A stretch of 64,000 nucleotides of DNA from a virus (IMGVR_UViG_3300045988_007243); one strand, 5' to 3'; counted from the first letter of the stretch, positions 36,533 through 47,225 are shown. Numbers and translations: made by a program. The notes: a model not told the origin generated them from the sequence alone.

Positions 36533-37562
36533 TCATACACGGCTCCCAATTATATTTCTTGAAAGAGAAATTGTCTTTTGGATTTCTCTCTTGATATGCT
36601 ATCCAGAAATGCTGTTCCATTAACTCTAACGGTGTCTTTGTAACAGTCTGTCCATCCCATGACACATAGGTATAAGAGTCTTTTTTAGCATAGAGTTCAT
36701 AGATAGCATCAAGACACTCTTTGTAGGTCTCTTTACCATCTAAAGCATTCATCACAGCTACTTTACCAGCACCTTTAAGTCCGAAGTAGTTGTCTGCATT
36801 ATCTCCAGCAACAGCCTGATAACACAAGAATTTAAAACCTACACCAACTGTTTTTGCAGCTTTTGGTTTTGATTTGATAGGGCAATCCCAGATATCACCA
36901 ACATTGTTGTCAGCAATAAAAATTAGTGGTGACTTTTCATAAGTCATATCAATACAATAAGTCCCTTCAGCTTGTCGAAGGTCTTTGTCAATACTCATAA
37001 GAGCAGCTTTCTTACCCATCTTTTCAGCTTTAGCAATTACGATTGAATCGGCTTCGAAGCCACCCCTTAAGAGTTTGAACTCTGGTCTTGACAGAAGATA
37101 TTCACGACAAGCAACTAAGTGTGTTGGTGTGACAGCATCTTTACGGTTACCTTGATATTGGTGCTCAAGACCTTTAATGTCTTTATGCTTATGCACACCT
37201 TTCTCTGTTAAATAACCCACCCAAGTTCTTTCTTTACCAACAACCTTAAGCCATTCCTGAAGCACCTGTTGAGTCGCCATGATAGCTTCTTTCTCACTCT
37301 TAGCTTCTTTCCAAGTCTGTCTTTCCCATTCATCTTCATCAAATGTCAGGCCAAGCTCTTCCACAAGGATTCTCTGGTCTGCTAACCATCTTGCAGCATC
37401 TTTTGCATTATCAAACGAATCAGATTCCTCTGCTGTGAGTTTATTGACATATTTATATTTTGCTTTCTCAACTACACAAGCACCTTTATAGGCAATACTG
37501 TCAGAGTCAATAAAAACATGTGTAACTGAATCGGGAAGTTTTGTTAATGTGTACTTCTCCAT
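36522..37562 (-). CDS. 5'-3' exonuclease (T7 gp6-like, FEN/PIN fold)
   Basis: VFIDSDSIAYKG, ALMSIDKDLRQ and AGDNADNYFGLKGAGKV align to T7 gp6 acidic-residue motifs. Confidence 0.65.
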   Translation of the reverse strand: MEKYTLTKLPDSVTHVFIDSDSIAYKGACVVEKAKYKYVNKLTAEESDSFDNAKDAARWLADQRILVEELGLTFDEDEWERQTWKEAKSEKEAIMATQQVLQEWLKVVGKERTWVGYLTEKGVHKHKDIKGLEHQYQGNRKDAVTPTHLVACREYLLSRPEFKLLRGGFEADSIVIAKAEKMGKKAALMSIDKDLRQAEGTYCIDMTYEKSPLIFIADNNVGDIWDCPIKSKPKAAKTVGVGFKFLCYQAVAGDNADNYFGLKGAGKVAVMNALDGKETYKECLDAIYELYAKKDSYTYVSWDGQTVTKTPLELMEQHFWIAYQERNPKDNFSFKKYNWEPCMNED

Positions 37563-37585
37563 TATGGCTCTCCATATGAAAAAGC

Positions 37586-37612
37586 CCCATACTAAGTACA
37601 GGGCTTTAAAGT
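37586..37612 (-). terminator. Terminator after the SSB gene
   Basis: AAAGCCCTGTACTTAGTATGGGGCTTTTT on the minus strand. Confidence 0.45.
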
Positions 37613-37625
37613 AACTTTTTAGAGA

Positions 37626-38483
37626 TTAGTCTTCTGTATCGAAGTCTTCATCTTCTTCGTCATCTGGGTCTGGCAAGTCTTCATCGTCACCATCATCAGA
37701 ATTATTCGAAGGTTTGTGGTCTGTTGCGTCTTCTTCAGTGATTTCACCGTTATCTTCAACACCGTCAAGGCCAAGCATAGCCAGTTCATCTTCATCCAGT
37801 TCAGGTTCACCATTAGCACCGTTACCACCAGTGTAAGGTACAAGAGTATCAATGATAAACTGTTCCTGAATAGGTTTTGTCAGAACATTGTTCTCAAAAG
37901 TGTAGAAGTGAGTAGAGAGAATCACACTACCGAAAGAACCGTTACCAACTGCAATATCTGGATGAATTACATCATAGTTCTTGTCATCTTCATGTTTATC
38001 AGATGCTTGAGCTTTGATTTTCTTCATCGGCTGTTTAACAGCTACACGCTTACCATTTACTTCTTCAATCAGCATTACAGGGAATGACTGTTTAGCTGTC
38101 CATACAGCACCATCTTTATAAGCTGCTGCACGACTTACTTTCAAGATGTAGTAAGTGTCTGCTTCAAAAGGTGGTTTACAACCAAACTTCTCTTCGAAGT
38201 CATCTGCATCAACTGCTTCAGTAGTAACTTTATCCCAACCTTCTGGGTTCTTCTTAGACTTAGTAAACTCTTTAAAGAGTTTGTTACCGTCTTCTGCCAG
38301 AATTGATACGCTGTAGTTACAATCTTTTCCTGGGAATTTCTTGTCAATAGATTTACCTTTACCCGGACGTGGTGAAGTGTTCAGGTAATAAAACCATACA
38401 TCTTTCAGCAGGTAACGCAGAGTTTGACGTTCAGTACCGTTGTACTTCTCTACCGGAGCTTTCATTTTAACAACTTTAGACAT
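37626..38483 (-). CDS. Single-stranded DNA-binding protein (T7 gp2.5-like) with acidic C-terminal tail
   Basis: Highly acidic C-terminus DDGDDEDLPDPDDEEDEDFDTED; position between helicase and exonuclease. Confidence 0.5.
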   Translation of the reverse strand: MSKVVKMKAPVEKYNGTERQTLRYLLKDVWFYYLNTSPRPGKGKSIDKKFPGKDCNYSVSILAEDGNKLFKEFTKSKKNPEGWDKVTTEAVDADDFEEKFGCKPPFEADTYYILKVSRAAAYKDGAVWTAKQSFPVMLIEEVNGKRVAVKQPMKKIKAQASDKHEDDKNYDVIHPDIAVGNGSFGSVILSTHFYTFENNVLTKPIQEQFIIDTLVPYTGGNGANGEPELDEDELAMLGLDGVEDNGEITEEDATDHKPSNNSDDGDDEDLPDPDDEEDEDFDTED

Positions 38484-38555
38484 TATTTAAACCTCTATCT
38501 CAATTTATGAAGAGTACCAATTCTAATTTGTTGATACTCTATTGTCAAATACTAA

Positions 38556-38705
38556 TTACTGGAAGTTGTGCTTATCTTTAGAAGCTGCTTTACGTGCAGT
38601 TTTTCCAGTTCTTACACGTTTTTCTTCATAGTATTTTGCTGGTTTTCCAGCAGTGGCTTTTAAGGAATCCCCAAAAACTTTTTCAAATGCTTTAGAGTGT
38701 TTCAT
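38556..38705 (-). CDS. Small Lys-rich protein (49 aa, below track cutoff)
   Basis: Translation MKHSKAFEKVFGDSLKATAGKPAKYYEEKRVRTGKTARKAASKDKHNFQ read from the sequence. Confidence 0.3.
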   Translation of the reverse strand: MKHSKAFEKVFGDSLKATAGKPAKYYEEKRVRTGKTARKAASKDKHNFQ

Positions 38706-38983
38706 GATATTCTCCGATATACTTGATATTCAAACACATTTTCTTTCATTATAAACAGCCAACCAATATTATGTTCAGGTATAGTAATAGTGACTGTGAT
38801 AATACTGTGATGGAACTTTTCTTCTACCTCAACACCTCCATCACATTTCATGTAGAGCATTCTATAGAACCTATCAATCTTTGTCAAACACTCTTCCTGA
38901 AATTTATTTAAACTTTTTTCTTCAAAGAAGGGTGTGAACCCCTCTCTTTTATAACTATCACTCAGTTTCGAATGGGCAGTCAT
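38702..38983 (-). CDS. Hypothetical protein
   Basis: ORF; start uncertain, overlaps the helicase 3' end. Confidence 0.35.
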   Translation of the reverse strand: MTAHSKLSDSYKREGFTPFFEEKSLNKFQEECLTKIDRFYRMLYMKCDGGVEVEEKFHHSIITVTITIPEHNIGWLFIMKENVFEYQVYRRIS

Positions 38984-40949
38984 CTGCATCCTCACTTAAT
39001 ACAGGTGGAATCGTTGAGCTTTGACGCTGCTCTTCAGTATAGACTTCACCAGTCTCACGGTCAAACACTTCATCCTCATAATGTGGCAAAGAGTCATCAT
39101 AATGGTCTTCAGCTTCACCAATACCAAACTGTTGGCGAATATTTTCTGCTGCGCCATCAATGTCAACTCCACAACCAGATGCTTTAATGAGACGTCCTGT
39201 ATCTGGATTGTACCAAGTATGACCAGCAATACCAGTTGACTTACCATGACGACGACATTTAGTTAACTTGATTTTTGTCAAGTTTTTCTTAACAGGGTCT
39301 GGGTCAACCTTGTTACGCATTAACAGAATGTTGTTCATAGAAATCTGGAAATACGCACCAGAGCCTTTAATATCCTCTTCAGAGATATCTCCACCTTCGG
39401 AGTTAGCCTTCTGACCACCTGCACTTTTACGAACGTGACAGACGTTAACCTGTGCATACTGGTAGCGTTTGCAACGGCGCAATAGCTCAGACAAAACTTC
39501 CTCTTCATCCGTATCTGAACGTGACAGAGCCAACGTAATAGGGTCAAGAATAATAATCTTACAGTCTAAGCTGTTAACAAGATAGTCAACAAACTCCAGC
39601 AAGTTATCTTGGTCAATTGCCCCTTGATGGTCTACGATGTGGATACGACGACCTTTAGACAGTTCTGCGTGTGCTTCCTTCAATTCATCCCAATCACGTT
39701 CGTCATAAGGAATCTCAGAAATCTGCTTGCTGAGGTGGATTGCACAGAGCATCTCCATCAACTCTTCATAGGTATCTTCTACAGGAATTACACCAATATT
39801 GTAATCGGTTTCCTTCCAAGCAGTGTAAATCATTTCACGGGTATATGCTGATTTACCTACTGAAGATGGTGCTGCCAGAGTTGTAATCTCACCTAAACCG
39901 TAACCACCATAAGTCAGTCTGTTCAAATCTCCGAAAGATTCTGGGAAAGGAATCAATGGAATCTGACCACGATTCTTCATTGCCTCAAAACCATCTGCGA
40001 AGTTCTTGATACCAGCAGGACAGTAACGAGGTGCATTGTAGATACGCTGCTTAAACCCTTCCAGAACTGTATCTTTCTCTTTATAGAACTTTGTCCACCA
40101 CTCGTTAAGGTCTTTTACACCTTCTGGATACTGGAATAAACGAACCTTCTCAATAGGGAGAATGCCAGCAGCCTCTTTAGTGGCTTTAGCACCTGCTTCA
40201 TCGTTATCAAAGCACAAGTAAATCTCATCAAATGATGTAATGTACTGATAGTTATCCTTGATAGACTTGATGTTTGCACCTGATGGAACAGATACGTGAC
40301 AGTAATTCTTACGACGAGACTTGTCTTTAATAGCAAGAGAAGTCATATAGATTGCTGTCGCACATTCCATCTCACCTTCCCAGATGAATAGACGGTTACC
40401 ACCTTCTGGAGCAATCCATGAACCGAACATCGCCAGTTCACCTTTAATGTCTCCAACACCACCAGAAAAGTCTTTTAACTTACCACGTAGGTGCTCTTTG
40501 GGATGGTCTTCTGGGTAACGGTGACGAACACGGTAGCCAACATGCTCTAGCTTGCCATCTTCATTGCGTTTGTAAGTTGGATAGAAATGCGCATCAATTT
40601 CACCATCACTGTCAATGTCAACCTTAATACCCAAACGCTCAAGAACTTTTGCAGGAATCTTCCTGTCCTTTAAGTCCATTGCTTCAAGGTTTTCTTTGAC
40701 ATCTTCTAAATCCATTCCACGGAAAGTACGGTTTTTATTGTCTGAACCAGTAGAATAAGTGCTCACGATTTGTCCTTTATCAAAATCCCACTCTGGGAAA
40801 CCTTTGTTACAACTGAAGCAAGTCATCGAATAAGAATCATCGTCATGATGATAGATTGAACCAGCATCTGATGAACCACAACGTGGACATGCACAATGAC
40901 CAACAAACTGACCAGCCTCTTTCAATTTACGACCTTTAGACATTAGCAC
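38958..40949 (-). CDS. DNA primase-helicase (T7 gp4-like)
   Basis: N-terminal zinc ribbon CACPRCG...CFSCNKGF, central TOPRIM-like region, Walker A GLGEITTLAAPSSVGKSAY, DnaB-family helicase C-terminus. Confidence 0.8.
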   Translation of the reverse strand: MLMSKGRKLKEAGQFVGHCACPRCGSSDAGSIYHHDDDSYSMTCFSCNKGFPEWDFDKGQIVSTYSTGSDNKNRTFRGMDLEDVKENLEAMDLKDRKIPAKVLERLGIKVDIDSDGEIDAHFYPTYKRNEDGKLEHVGYRVRHRYPEDHPKEHLRGKLKDFSGGVGDIKGELAMFGSWIAPEGGNRLFIWEGEMECATAIYMTSLAIKDKSRRKNYCHVSVPSGANIKSIKDNYQYITSFDEIYLCFDNDEAGAKATKEAAGILPIEKVRLFQYPEGVKDLNEWWTKFYKEKDTVLEGFKQRIYNAPRYCPAGIKNFADGFEAMKNRGQIPLIPFPESFGDLNRLTYGGYGLGEITTLAAPSSVGKSAYTREMIYTAWKETDYNIGVIPVEDTYEELMEMLCAIHLSKQISEIPYDERDWDELKEAHAELSKGRRIHIVDHQGAIDQDNLLEFVDYLVNSLDCKIIILDPITLALSRSDTDEEEVLSELLRRCKRYQYAQVNVCHVRKSAGGQKANSEGGDISEEDIKGSGAYFQISMNNILLMRNKVDPDPVKKNLTKIKLTKCRRHGKSTGIAGHTWYNPDTGRLIKASGCGVDIDGAAENIRQQFGIGEAEDHYDDSLPHYEDEVFDRETGEVYTEEQRQSSTIPPVLSEDADDCPFETE

Positions 40950-41136
40950 CTCTTCGTTGTAGTTCTGCTTTTAATCCATTTTCAATCTTGTCCAGTTCAT
41001 GAATTTCATCTGCAATCTCTTTCCTTCGTGATTCAACTCTCTTAAGACGTTCAATCATTACCTCATTGGAAAGAGATGAGAGTTCCACTAAACGGTGGTC
41101 AATAACTTTAAAATTGTCTTTTACTCTCATCTTCAT
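40936..41136 (-). CDS. Small coiled-coil protein
   Basis: ORF, 66 aa. Confidence 0.35.
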   Translation of the reverse strand: MKMRVKDNFKVIDHRLVELSSLSNEVMIERLKRVESRRKEIADEIHELDKIENGLKAELQRRGANV

Positions 41137-41144
41137 TCTCTCTT

Positions 41145-41888
41145 TTAAATCTTCAGGATAGCTCTTAGCTTGCTCTCAAGGTCTGCAAGAGTACCATTAT
41201 TATGAATAATGTCACGCTCATATTTTGTAGAAATCCCATTTTCTGAAACATGTGATGAAACTTTGTCCACATTGTCTCTTTTTACTTCAATGGTTTGGTG
41301 TGCAAATCTACTCAGCCACTCAGCTTCAGAGTCAAATCTTAAATCACTGATTAAAACAACACCTTCTTGATTTCTAAGTGAGCAAACATCAAAGAAATTT
41401 ACCATTCGTTTTTCGAGGTCTTTAGCCCAGAACTTGTCACCCATAACTTTACGGATAACTTCAGTGCCCCAAATCTGTTGAATTTGTCTTGATGAGAATT
41501 TATACTTATTGCTAAATCCCAGACGTGTCAATAGAGTCGGTTTAGCAACCTTCTTAAGCTCCATGATTAATCGTCCTGTCAATTCCGACATAAGTTTAAA
41601 GTCAGTATGGTAACGTTCACCTTTGAAGGTAAACTCCATAGCTTCAGTAACTTTGAACATAAGTTCAGAATATGATAAATCAAAAACCTGTGGAGTCTCT
41701 TTAGTTTCACCATACAGGTCATTCCAAGTCAGGTCAAATATCTTTGATGCAGATAGCTTAAGGTTGTCTGCATAGGCCATTACTGCAACATTGTAGCCGT
41801 ACTCATCTTCTAAGATGTTCTTCACAATAGAACATGAGGTGTCTTTTCCAGAACGTGCCTTTCCAGTAAATGCAATAATATTACTCAT
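41145..41888 (-). CDS. Deoxynucleoside monophosphate kinase (T4 gp1-like)
   Basis: P-loop AFTGKARSGKDT similar to the T4 gp1 P-loop. Confidence 0.55.
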   Translation of the reverse strand: MSNIIAFTGKARSGKDTSCSIVKNILEDEYGYNVAVMAYADNLKLSASKIFDLTWNDLYGETKETPQVFDLSYSELMFKVTEAMEFTFKGERYHTDFKLMSELTGRLIMELKKVAKPTLLTRLGFSNKYKFSSRQIQQIWGTEVIRKVMGDKFWAKDLEKRMVNFFDVCSLRNQEGVVLISDLRFDSEAEWLSRFAHQTIEVKRDNVDKVSSHVSENGISTKYERDIIHNNGTLADLESKLRAILKI

Positions 41889-41949
41889 TTTATCTCCCTT
41901 AATTACTAAAAAGCCCCCAACTAAGGAGGCTTGTAAGATTTATAAAGAC

Positions 41950-42750
41950 TTAGTGCAGTTGGTCAGCATACTCTTTTTCAGCCATAGCTGAGATTTGCTT
42001 CACAAAATCATCACCGAAGTTAATGCGTAGTTTCTCTTCAATGATTGAAGCACCAATGTTCACCAAAACATCATTGATTGCTTGCATACTAACGCCACCA
42101 GTCATCTCCTCAATGAACTCAATACTCACACCCATCATCTGTGAAAGTTGGATTAGTGCAACGATATTCATCATCGTAGAGATAGCTGGAATCATCAGTG
42201 CAACTTTCACCTGAAGTGGTTCTATATCAGCTACAGAGTCATTTTCAACAGCTTCTTCCAAAGACTCTTTAGTTTGCTGGATAATCTCCTTGATTCGTGG
42301 GTTTAGTTCTTCTACACCCCAATCAAGTTTTTCATATCGTGACAACTTCTCTTCCATTCGCTTCTCAAGAGCAGCCATAACAGCACTAGTTGATGAAATT
42401 AACAGGTCAATTAGTTCATCATTACCTGCGAGTAGTAGCAAGTCTTTTTCTTCAGTGGTCATGGCAATATAGTCATTTTTCTGCATCTCATAAAAAATGA
42501 ACTCTGCAAGGGCATCAACACCTACAACGATAGATGCTAAAGCAAGTGTTTTGTCGCAAAGCATCATGTTGACCTGTTCTGCAAAAGCACCGTTATCAGA
42601 CTTGTCTTCAGGCAAGTTATAGCTTGCAGGCATAAACTGTTCTGTGTAGTTGTTGCCACGAAGAATCATAGCCATGCTTTCTACGGCATTGATTAAGAAC
42701 GCTTCGTCAATACCTTTTTCTTCAAGCATCTTTTCTACATCGATATTCAT
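41950..42750 (-). CDS. Hypothetical protein
   Basis: ORF, 266 aa. Confidence 0.5.
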   Translation of the reverse strand: MNIDVEKMLEEKGIDEAFLINAVESMAMILRGNNYTEQFMPASYNLPEDKSDNGAFAEQVNMMLCDKTLALASIVVGVDALAEFIFYEMQKNDYIAMTTEEKDLLLLAGNDELIDLLISSTSAVMAALEKRMEEKLSRYEKLDWGVEELNPRIKEIIQQTKESLEEAVENDSVADIEPLQVKVALMIPAISTMMNIVALIQLSQMMGVSIEFIEEMTGGVSMQAINDVLVNIGASIIEEKLRINFGDDFVKQISAMAEKEYADQLH

Positions 42751-42751
42751 A

Positions 42752-43174
42752 TTATTTCTCTCTCAGTTGGTTAAGTTTCTTTCTAGAACATTTTAAGTTT
42801 TCGGATGAAGAAAAGTCAAGTGTCTTTTCAGAACGTGGATAATAGTGCCTATCCCAAGAAGTTTCAACATCGTTAATCAGTGACGCTAGATTACACAGGT
42901 CTGTACCACTTTGCAACCTCTTTTTAAGAGAATCTAGTAAAGCAACTGTGTCTTTAGCTTTACGTCTAGCTGTAGCAACATCTTTCATATGCTCAAATAC
43001 AGAGCATTTTAAGTCATCTTCATAGTTTTCAGACAACTCTATTTCATGTTGTATATCAACCATTCTCCTGTGATGGTGAGCATATTCCCGTTGAGCAGCA
43101 ATGTCAAGTTCTTCCAACTTCTGCAAAGCTCTAACAAAGTCAGCTATGTCTGGGTGAACAAACATTTTCTGCAT
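42752..43174 (-). CDS. Hypothetical protein
   Basis: ORF, 140 aa. Confidence 0.5.
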   Translation of the reverse strand: MQKMFVHPDIADFVRALQKLEELDIAAQREYAHHHRRMVDIQHEIELSENYEDDLKCSVFEHMKDVATARRKAKDTVALLDSLKKRLQSGTDLCNLASLINDVETSWDRHYYPRSEKTLDFSSSENLKCSRKKLNQLREK

Positions 43175-43431
43175 GTAAGCCTCTTTTAAGTAACTATTAA
43201 GTTTTAATCTTTTATCTTAACGTATTCTATACGTTATACTTTAAAGCTTTTTAAAAGCTATTAAATAATCTTTTAAGAGTTTTAAAGTATCTGTATAGTT
43301 AAACTGTTAAGTAACCTTTTAAGTAAAAACCCACTTCGCAAAGATTAACACCTTGTCAAGTACATTGTCAACTTGCTTTTTATAATTTTTTGCAGTAATG
43401 TATGAGGTTAATGATTTTAGAGGGAGTAAAA
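43175..43431. promoter_or_regulatory. Divergent intergenic control region (promoters for the DNA polymerase and the leftward operon)
   Basis: AT-rich, TTGTCA and TATAAT hexamers near 43350-43385, SD AGGGAG before ATG 43432; contains CTTTTAAG/CTGTTAAG words like the 5810-7436 region. Confidence 0.4.
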
Positions 43432-45574
43432 ATGGAAAACGTAGATTTTAAAAACTTACATTTAGTTGGTGATACAGAAACTGATGGTTTACTCCTTGAG
43501 TTCACTAAAGTGCACGTAATGGCTTTTGCAGACTATAAATCTGACGATGAAGAGCCACCTGTATGGGTCTTTACAGATGAGCCTATCCTCGGTCACAAGT
43601 ATACCAAGTACATCAAGGGCGGCTTACGTGAAGGTATTGAGTTTGCGTTAAAGGCAAAACGTCTTTGCATCCATAACGGTCTCGGTTATGACTGGTGGGT
43701 TTTCAATCACATTGCACCTGATTTATGGAACTTTGATAATCCAAAGTGTAAGCCGTGGAGTAATTTCTTTCAGGATTCTCTTATCCAGTCTCGTGTTCAG
43801 TGGATGGATAGGCCAACTCCAAAGGGTTATAAAGGTGCTCATGGTTTGGCTGCATGGGGTGCTCGTGTTGGTGTTCGTAAACCAGAGATTGAACATTGGG
43901 GTGTGTGGAATGCAGAAATCTTCACTCGTGTTGTAGAAGATATCCGTATTAACGCCAAAACTAAACGGGCACTTGATAACGAGTATCTCAAGCTTAAGAA
44001 GTGTGGTATAGACACTTATGAAACCTACATGCGAGCTAAAGAAACATCTTTCTGGATGAGTCAACAGGCTATCAATGGTTGGAAAGCTGATAAAGAACTT
44101 ATGGAGTTCCATGTAAAGGAACTTGACAAGTTGACTAATGAGCTTGCTTCAGAGGTTGAACCACATCTACCACCAACTATTAAGACCAAAGGTAAAGTAA
44201 CTGGTGAAGAGTTTGCAAAGGCTTGGAATGAGTATGTTGAAACATTTGGTCATGCAGATGGACTGAAGAGGATTACCAAGTACCCTAAAACAAAGTATCG
44301 TCAGCAGGTACGTAACGGTGAGATGCAGACATACGAAATCAAGCCATTTGGTAAGCCAACTACAAAGATTTTTAACATTGAAAAAAGGAATTGCTATACA
44401 CCAACCAACTCTGTAACTGGTGAAGAGTACAAGGAAGGCTTTGTAGCAATGAAGGATGCTCGTGCAATTTGCAATGAGTTGAACGCAAAGATTGGTAAGA
44501 AATGCAAAGACTGGAAGCCAGTAAAAACAGTCAAAACTGTGAAGTACTATAACAGCCACGTTGTTAACCACTTTGAACTTGAGTCAAGTCGCTACACAGG
44601 TTTGATTGATGCACCATATACACCAATTGAGTTTGAAGTTTCTCGTATGACTCAGGTAGCAGTTGTTAAAGACTACTTGAAATCAGTTGGTTGGATTCCA
44701 GATGACTGGAACTACAAGAAAGACTCTGATGGTCGCCCTGTCAAAGTTTGTCGTTTCAAAGACAATAAAAAGATGATTACAAAGCATCCTAAGTGGCAGG
44801 AAATGGTTGAGCGGTGTGGTTTGAGTTATGTTGAACACGAAGGCGTCCAGTACATTGAGCATAACTGGTCTGTGAAGAAGTACACAGATTTGCTTGAGCC
44901 TTGCTTAATCCGTACTTCACCAAAACTTACTGAATCATCTTACGATACGATTGAAGGTGAGCTTGGACAGAAGATTGCTAAATACTACACTTTGATGCAC
45001 CGACGCAGAACTATTGAGAACTCAAAGGATGATGAAAAAGGTTGGTTGAACCAGATTCGTCCTGATGGTCGCCTTAGTGCTGGTGCAATGGTGTTTGGTA
45101 CTTCAACTGGACGTATGACACAATATGGTATTGTAAACGTACCGTCTGGTGCTGCTGTCTATGGAGCACCTATGAGGGAGGTTTGGACTTGTGAAGAGGG
45201 TACTAATATTGTTTCAGCCGACATGAATAGCGCCCAACTTGTGCTACTGTGTAACTTTATGGGTGATAAAGATTTCACTAAAGCGGTGACAGAGGGTAAA
45301 GAAGAGGTTGAGTTTGTCAAACAAGAGGATGGTAGATACTATTGCAAACATTTTGACCAGTATCTAAACCCAGCTATTGACAAGTATTTACATTATGATT
45401 CTGAAAATGACTTATACGTGGTGTACTCAGGGACTGATGCACATACTTTGAATAGTATCTACTTCAGTCTTAATAAAGAGGAAGACATCTTGACATGTCG
45501 AGCTACTCAGGATACAAGTCTTCTTCAAGAAATTAGTAAAGGTCGTAAGAAAGCCAAAAATGGCATCTATGCGT
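43432..45574 (+). CDS. DNA polymerase, family A T7-like, exon 1 (3'-5' exonuclease and polymerase N-terminal part)
   Basis: Exo I motif VGDTETDGL near the N-terminus; ends inside motif B at ...RKKAKNGIYA; remainder of the track ORF (to 45615) is intron sequence. Confidence 0.75.
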
Positions 45575-46376
45575 CAGTGGCGCATGTAAAACGTTGTGAA
45601 TTGCTGGAAGCCTAAGTCTGTAAAGATATGGTAATCAGCAGCGAAGTCTCCGTTAGGACTCCTAAAACAAAGGAGAGAGACAATGGCAGGTTACGAAGAG
45701 AGATTATGCACTGAGTGTGGTACGGAGTTTAAACCATATCAATACAATCAGAAACGGTGCAGAAGTTGTGTATTAAAGTTTGACAGAAGGGCAGAACACA
45801 GGGTTCTTACTAAGAAATGCCCTAGTTGTGAGAAGGTGTTCATGCCGAGAACAGCAAGGCAAGTTTATTGTTCGTCACATTGCGGTGAGAAAGGTAGAGT
45901 TAAGAATTACTACCTAAGAACATATGGATTGGAAAGAGAAGAGGTTGAGTCTCTACTCCGTGACTGTGATTACAAATGTCAAATTTGTGGCGGCGAAGGT
46001 TTTATCATGAATGGTTCACGACACAAGGCTAAACTTGTTGTTGACCATGACCATAAAACCGGAAAGGTAAGAGGTATGTTATGCCACAATTGCAACAGAG
46101 CTTTGGGGTTGCTTGCAGATAGTGTTGATAACATGCAAAGAGCGATTGACTATCTAAGCAAATGATATAACTATAGAGATTCCTAACAGAGAAACGTTCA
46201 GAGACTATCGAAAAGCATACTTAACGTATGAACTGAGTAGAGTAGGGTGGTAAGCTAATGACCATCCCCAAGTGCAACGGTAGCATCACTGCTACGTGAT
46301 ATAGTCCGACACTCCGTAGAAATGCGGAGAAGTTCATAAGAGAACTGGTACACCTTGCGAGTGTATTGACCAGATG
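45575..46376 (+). other. Intron (group I-like) interrupting the DNA polymerase gene in motif B
   Basis: Frame breaks after IYA and resumes as LFGAGDEK; 3' region has R-like GUUCAGAGACUA and S-like GAUAUAGUCCGAC elements; exon 1 ends in U, intron ends in G; boundaries approximate (two alternative 5' sites six nt apart). Confidence 0.6.
45683..46165 (+). CDS. Intron-encoded HNH endonuclease
   Basis: Zinc-ribbon N-terminus (CTECG...CRSC...CPSC...CSSHC) and HNH core LVVDHDHKTGKVRGMLCHNCNRALG. Confidence 0.7.
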   Translation: MAGYEERLCTECGTEFKPYQYNQKRCRSCVLKFDRRAEHRVLTKKCPSCEKVFMPRTARQVYCSSHCGEKGRVKNYYLRTYGLEREEVESLLRDCDYKCQICGGEGFIMNGSRHKAKLVVDHDHKTGKVRGMLCHNCNRALGLLADSVDNMQRAIDYLSK

Positions 46377-46933
46377 TATTGTTCGGGGCTGGCGATGAGA
46401 AATTTGCTAAGACGATTAAAGCATCTACAACTGAGGAAGGTGCTTTAACTAAGCAAACATACTTTGTACGTCTCCCTAAAATTAAGAAGTTGATAGATAA
46501 TTTAGAAGCAGACTTCAAAGCCACTAAGAAGGCTCTTGAAGAGGTATTTGGTAAGACTGCCGCAATCTCTAAAGGGGGGTTTGTAAAGGTTGCTGGAGCT
46601 TGGTTGTGGTGTAAATCTCCACATAAGTTATTGAATTATTTGCTTATGGGTTCGGAAAGTCAGGTTCAGAATGAAGCCATCAACCTCGCTTGTAGAAGAA
46701 CTTGTGAAGAGGGTCTTACAAAGTTGAATGGTCGAAAACCAGCTATTGGTGCTAGATTGCTTTTAGCATATCACGATGAGAATAGTTGGGAGTGTCCAGA
46801 AGACATGACGCAGGATGTTAAAGCAGTAATTGACTGGATGTATGGTCAAGCGTCAAGAAATTTAGGGCTTAAGGAGGAAACGCTTGTAACTGGTACTGGT
46901 AAAGTTGGTAAAAATTGGCTTGAAGTACACTGA
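46377..46933 (+). CDS. DNA polymerase, family A T7-like, exon 2 (C-terminal palm/fingers)
   Basis: LFGAGDEKFAKTI..., SPHKLLNYLL, YHDENSWEC, GTGKVGKNWLEVH align with the T7 gp5 C-terminus (YGAGDEKIG, SPHAALNTLL, VHDEIQVGC, EGKMGPNWAICH). Confidence 0.75.
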
Positions 46934-46994
46934 TTAGTATTGACAAGGTGCTCATGGAAGAGTACCTTATACAATATCTTATATAGGAGGCTAT

Positions 46995-47207
46995 ATGACA
47001 CTTTCAGACGTTATTCAGCAACTTCACGACAACTGCTACACTCCAGAGTTGATTCAAGAGATGCTTATTGTGGTGATGCCTAGTAAGTTCGTAAAAGGTT
47101 TTAATCAGGACACTTTAAGGTCTGCGCATATTCTTATCGTTGACGGTAAGATTGCAAGAGACCGTACAGGAGTCCTTAAGGGTGAGCGTATTAATATTAA
47201 CTTTTGA
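46995..47207 (+). CDS. Hypothetical protein
   Basis: ORF with AGGAGG RBS, 70 aa. Confidence 0.45.
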   Translation: MTLSDVIQQLHDNCYTPELIQEMLIVVMPSKFVKGFNQDTLRSAHILIVDGKIARDRTGVLKGERININF

Positions 47208-47225
47208 GTATTGGAGACACCAAAA

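Noticed and set aside
37619-37852. Track ORF 37619..37852 (-) as a separate gene
   Set aside because: It overlaps the acidic C-terminal tail region of the SSB gene in another frame and has no RBS; likely spurious.
45575-46376. Intein within the DNA polymerase
   Set aside because: The insertion is not in frame: a stop codon follows exon 1 and the HNH ORF has its own RBS and is in a different frame, so this is an RNA intron, not a protein-splicing element.
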